64,000 nt of DNA from Neoechinorhynchus agilis (Eukaryota; Animalia; Acanthocephala). A program made the position numbers and the translations under genes. The first letter of the stretch is position 1. Each line of letters begins with the position of its first letter. Shown one piece after another: positions 60,955-64,000 of this stretch. The stretch spans positions 14,709,480 through 14,773,479 of the forward strand of contig CM121342.1 of assembly GCA_051530055.1 (NCBI GenBank), given 5' to 3'. The notes under the pieces were generated by a model. That model saw only the letters and a list, made by a program, of their open reading frames with translations, was not told where the DNA came from and ran no database searches.

Positions 60955-63100
60955 ATGAGTTCGATTCTGGATAAGATTGATTCTATTGAACAGGAGGTAC
61001 AGCCTAATTTTTATTTTACACAACTCTTTTGTAACTGCCGAAATATAAGATTGCTCGTACGCAAAAGAACAAAGCTACTGAGCGCCACTTGGGTCTTCTT
61101 AAAGCTCAATTGGCAAAGCTAAAGAGGGAACTGATTGAACCGAAAGGAGGTGGCGGTAAAGGCGAAGGATTTGACGTTGCCAGCGCCGGCGATGCTCGAG
61201 TTGGATTTGTAGGTATGGCTATTGTTTGTTCATGTTTATGGCGTAAATTATTTCCCAAAAAGAACTTTTATTTTTTAGTTTTGATACAATCACCACCGTC
61301 CGCAAAATTGGAGCTTCTCTCCTTCCTCGGCTGTCGCTATCACTCCAGCAGCATTGCCTTGTTGTACTGCGAGCGAGATATTTTGTCGCAGGAATACACC
61401 TGCTCGTGCGTCGCCGGTCGTTTCTCTCAATTTCTTCGAGCGATCCTGGAGCAGAGTGAGTGCCGACTCCGAAGGCGACAAAATAGAGGGCCCTTGCTAA
61501 TTCTCTATATTTTAGTACCTTCCTCCCTTCCGCTGCACTGGTTGCACCTCCAGCGATTTCGAGAGAGTAGGGAATGTTGCTTACTTCGAGGGTGTCCACA
61601 CGCGTGGCGTCCCAGAAAAGGCATTTGCCCTCCCGCCACGGCAGCCGAGGAAGGAGAGAAGCTAAGATTTTGCGGACGGTGGTGATTGTATCAGAATTAA
61701 CAAATAAACGTTCTTTGTGGCGTAAAAATTAAAAGAATTTATCTATTCTAATATTTTGGAGACATTTAATTTTTACGCCATAATCAAACATGAACAATTC
61801 TATCTTCAAACAAACATTTTTATTTTGGTTGTTGAACGCATATTGATTTCCCGTAGGTTTCCCATCGGTTGGAAAGTCTACGATTCTGACAAATCTTTCT
61901 GGAGTATACTCTGAAGTGGCTGCATACGAATTCACAACGCTCACGACCATTCCAGGAATGATCCGTTACAAAGGAGCCAAAATTCAGTTGCTTGATTTGC
62001 CTGGTATTATAGAAGGAGCTAAGGACGGAAAAGGACGTGGACGTCAAGTTATTGGAGGTGAGTGGAGATTTAGAGTATTTCTTACAGTTTTTGTCTCGAT
62101 TTGAACAGTTGCAAGAACATGTAGTCTTATATTCCTAGTCCTTGATGTCATGAAACCACTAACGCATAAACGAATTATTGAAAAGGAACTGGAAGGATAC
62201 GGAATTCGGTTAAATAAACAACCACCGAATATATTCTTTAAAAAGAAAGAGAAAGGCGGTGTTAACTTCCAGAGTATGGTATTTTTGTTCTCTTTGGCGG
62301 ATTAACTTGTTTATTATTATTGTCTAGGATACCAATTGTACTTTGGACGTGGAAACCGTTAAAAGTGTCCTAGCTGAGTACAAAATTCACAACGCTGATG
62401 TTTTTGTGAAATGTAATGCAGAAATCGATGACCTCATTGATGTAGCTAAGAATTCTCGTTGATTTTTGCGCGATCTGTCCCACTTTCGCATTAAATATAG
62501 TTATAGTGCTTTTTTAAGTCCGAGCCTCCCAAATGAGAATTGTAAAGCGTAATCGAGGGTAACCGACGATATATCCCTGCTATTTACGTGCTTAATAAAA
62601 TCGACCAGATTTCAATAGAGGTTTGCTATAGAAATTTAATTTCTATTTACTTTATCGAAGCAGGAATTGGACATTATATCTAAAATCCCACATTGTGTCC
62701 CGATATCGGCGCACAATAAATGGAATTTCGACGACCTTCTTGAACTGATGTGGAAAGATTTAAATCTCGTCAGAGTGTAAAGCTTAAACTTTGTCTATCA
62801 TTTCCAAAATTGCATTTCCTTTAGGTACACTAAACCAAAAGGTCAATTGCCCGATTACGGCAATCCCGTGGTTTTAAAAGCGGACGCATGCACGGTTGAG
62901 CACTTTTGCAACAAAATCCATCGACAAATGATTAAACAATTCAAATCGTAAGTGGTTCCTCGAGCTGCTGTGATACATTCGAATCGATTTGTTTATTTAG
63001 AGCACTCGTGTGGGGGAATTCTGCTAAGTTTAATCCTCAAAGTGTGGGAAAGGATCACGTTCTTATGGACGAAGATGTAGTTCAAGTTATTAAAAAATGA
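60955..63100 (+). CDS. DRG1: Developmentally regulated GTP-binding protein 1
   Basis: [14 protein letters not shown]|[18 protein letters not shown]..., [54 protein letters not shown]. Seven canonical introns plus one 107-nt hairpin insert. Confidence 0.95.
61282..61693. mobile_element. Two CRE 3' ends in inverted orientation inside DRG1 intron 2
   Basis: 61282-61336 and 61639-61693 are ~55-bp inverted copies of each other. Confidence 0.8.
62445..62551 (+). other. Candidate non-canonical hairpin/TIR intron in DRG1
   Basis: GAT GTA [gctaagaattctc...gagaattgtaaagc GTA] ATC GAG GGT AAC. Removal restores DDLIDVIEGNR. Confidence 0.72.
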
Positions 63101-63309
63101 TCTTTCAAAAACGAAATGTCTGTTGATAGTTTCGAGGCTAATTTAATAAGACTGAACCAATTGAAATATTCAAATATTAACAGAGGATTATATTTTGTTA
63201 GTTATGTTAATTCTGGTATTCTCTCTCAAAGAAGCCATAAAGAACCATTTGTAAGATTAGGACACATTTTTAAAAACAAAAACGAATTAAAAATTTTATT
63301 GCCTAAAAA

Positions 63310-64000
63310 TTAATGCGATTTTCCCCATGGAACGTCCTTCAAAATATTCGCAACAACTGCATCCACTGGGTCGCAATAACGGTCGTTTTCATTTCCTCTA
63401 GCCGAACACTCGTCCTTCAATCTACTTTCCGTCCTTTCTTTGTTCTCCGATACGACTTGACATTTGCACACTATACTTGGTGCCGCGAATCGATCCATCG
63501 GATTATCCAGTTGAAATTTACGCTTAGGAACGTGCCACAGAACAGACCATCGGTTTTGTCGGACATTCGCCTTTTCCTTTAATCCTTTCTGTCTAGCAGT
63601 TCGATTAATTGTATGATCTCGGATTATTAACGGAATCACGAACACCACACAAAGTACGTAAAGAAATAGCGAAAATGCAGGTTTTACTTCCGAAAGAGTT
63701 TCTTCGATTTCTGTACAAGAAACGGACATGACCGCATCATTGTTTCCTAGATCGACAGTGCCATTTGGTGATTTAGTCAGCAGCATAAGGCACAATCGAT
63801 AATTATCGAGATTCTGACAAGAAAGATGATTACTAAATCGAAATGTTGACGCGTAATTCTCCATTACTTGTATTTTTATATTTTTGACCTCTAAATCCTG
63901 GTAATACACCACCATTCCTAGATTATCGGTTGTGTTGGCTATCGCAGGCGGCAAATATACATTGCAAATAATGTCCTTGATTCCATCAAATCAATCGGTC
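63310..64000 (-). CDS. Type I membrane protein, family member 3 (5' end outside window)
   Basis: FDGIKDIICNVYLPPAIANTTDNLGM..., KPAFSLFLYVLCVVF TM, DAVVANILKDVPW. Confidence 0.7.

Overview
AT-rich, gene-dense metazoan nuclear DNA. Evidence for an animal: JIP3/4, GATA, RB1CC1, Rubicon-like and C2H2 genes. Most introns are short canonical GT-AG introns of about 35-60 nt. Recognisable genes are JIP3/4, RWDD1, a DDX19-like helicase, a 5-finger C2H2 factor, a uridine-kinase-like gene, GATA, RB1CC1/FIP200, UBL5, eIF4A, a Rubicon-like gene and DRG1. There is also a 3-member family of unknown single-pass membrane proteins and two orphan genes. About 20 kb (28.55-48.57 kb) is a ~187-bp satellite whose monomer is itself a long palindrome. 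Decayed CRE- and RTE-type non-LTR retrotransposons and several MITE-like hairpins are scattered through the window. The main observation is that about ten otherwise intact coding sequences are interrupted by 40-53-nt inserts (one of 107 nt and one of 426 nt). These inserts fold into strong stem-loops, often with G-U pairs, and carry stops or frameshifts. They share a TCTY motif in the 5' arm and are often bounded by a repeated codon (TTA/TTA, GTA/GTA, ATA/ATA). In the clearest cases (DDX19-like, UCK-like, DRG1, membrane-protein paralog 2) they cannot be removed as GT-AG introns without damaging conserved protein motifs. This suggests a structure-defined, non-canonical intron class, or a ribosomal-bypass class, coexisting with normal spliceosomal introns. 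That interpretation is inference from DNA only and needs RNA data. All gene models and alignments were done by eye, without database searches.
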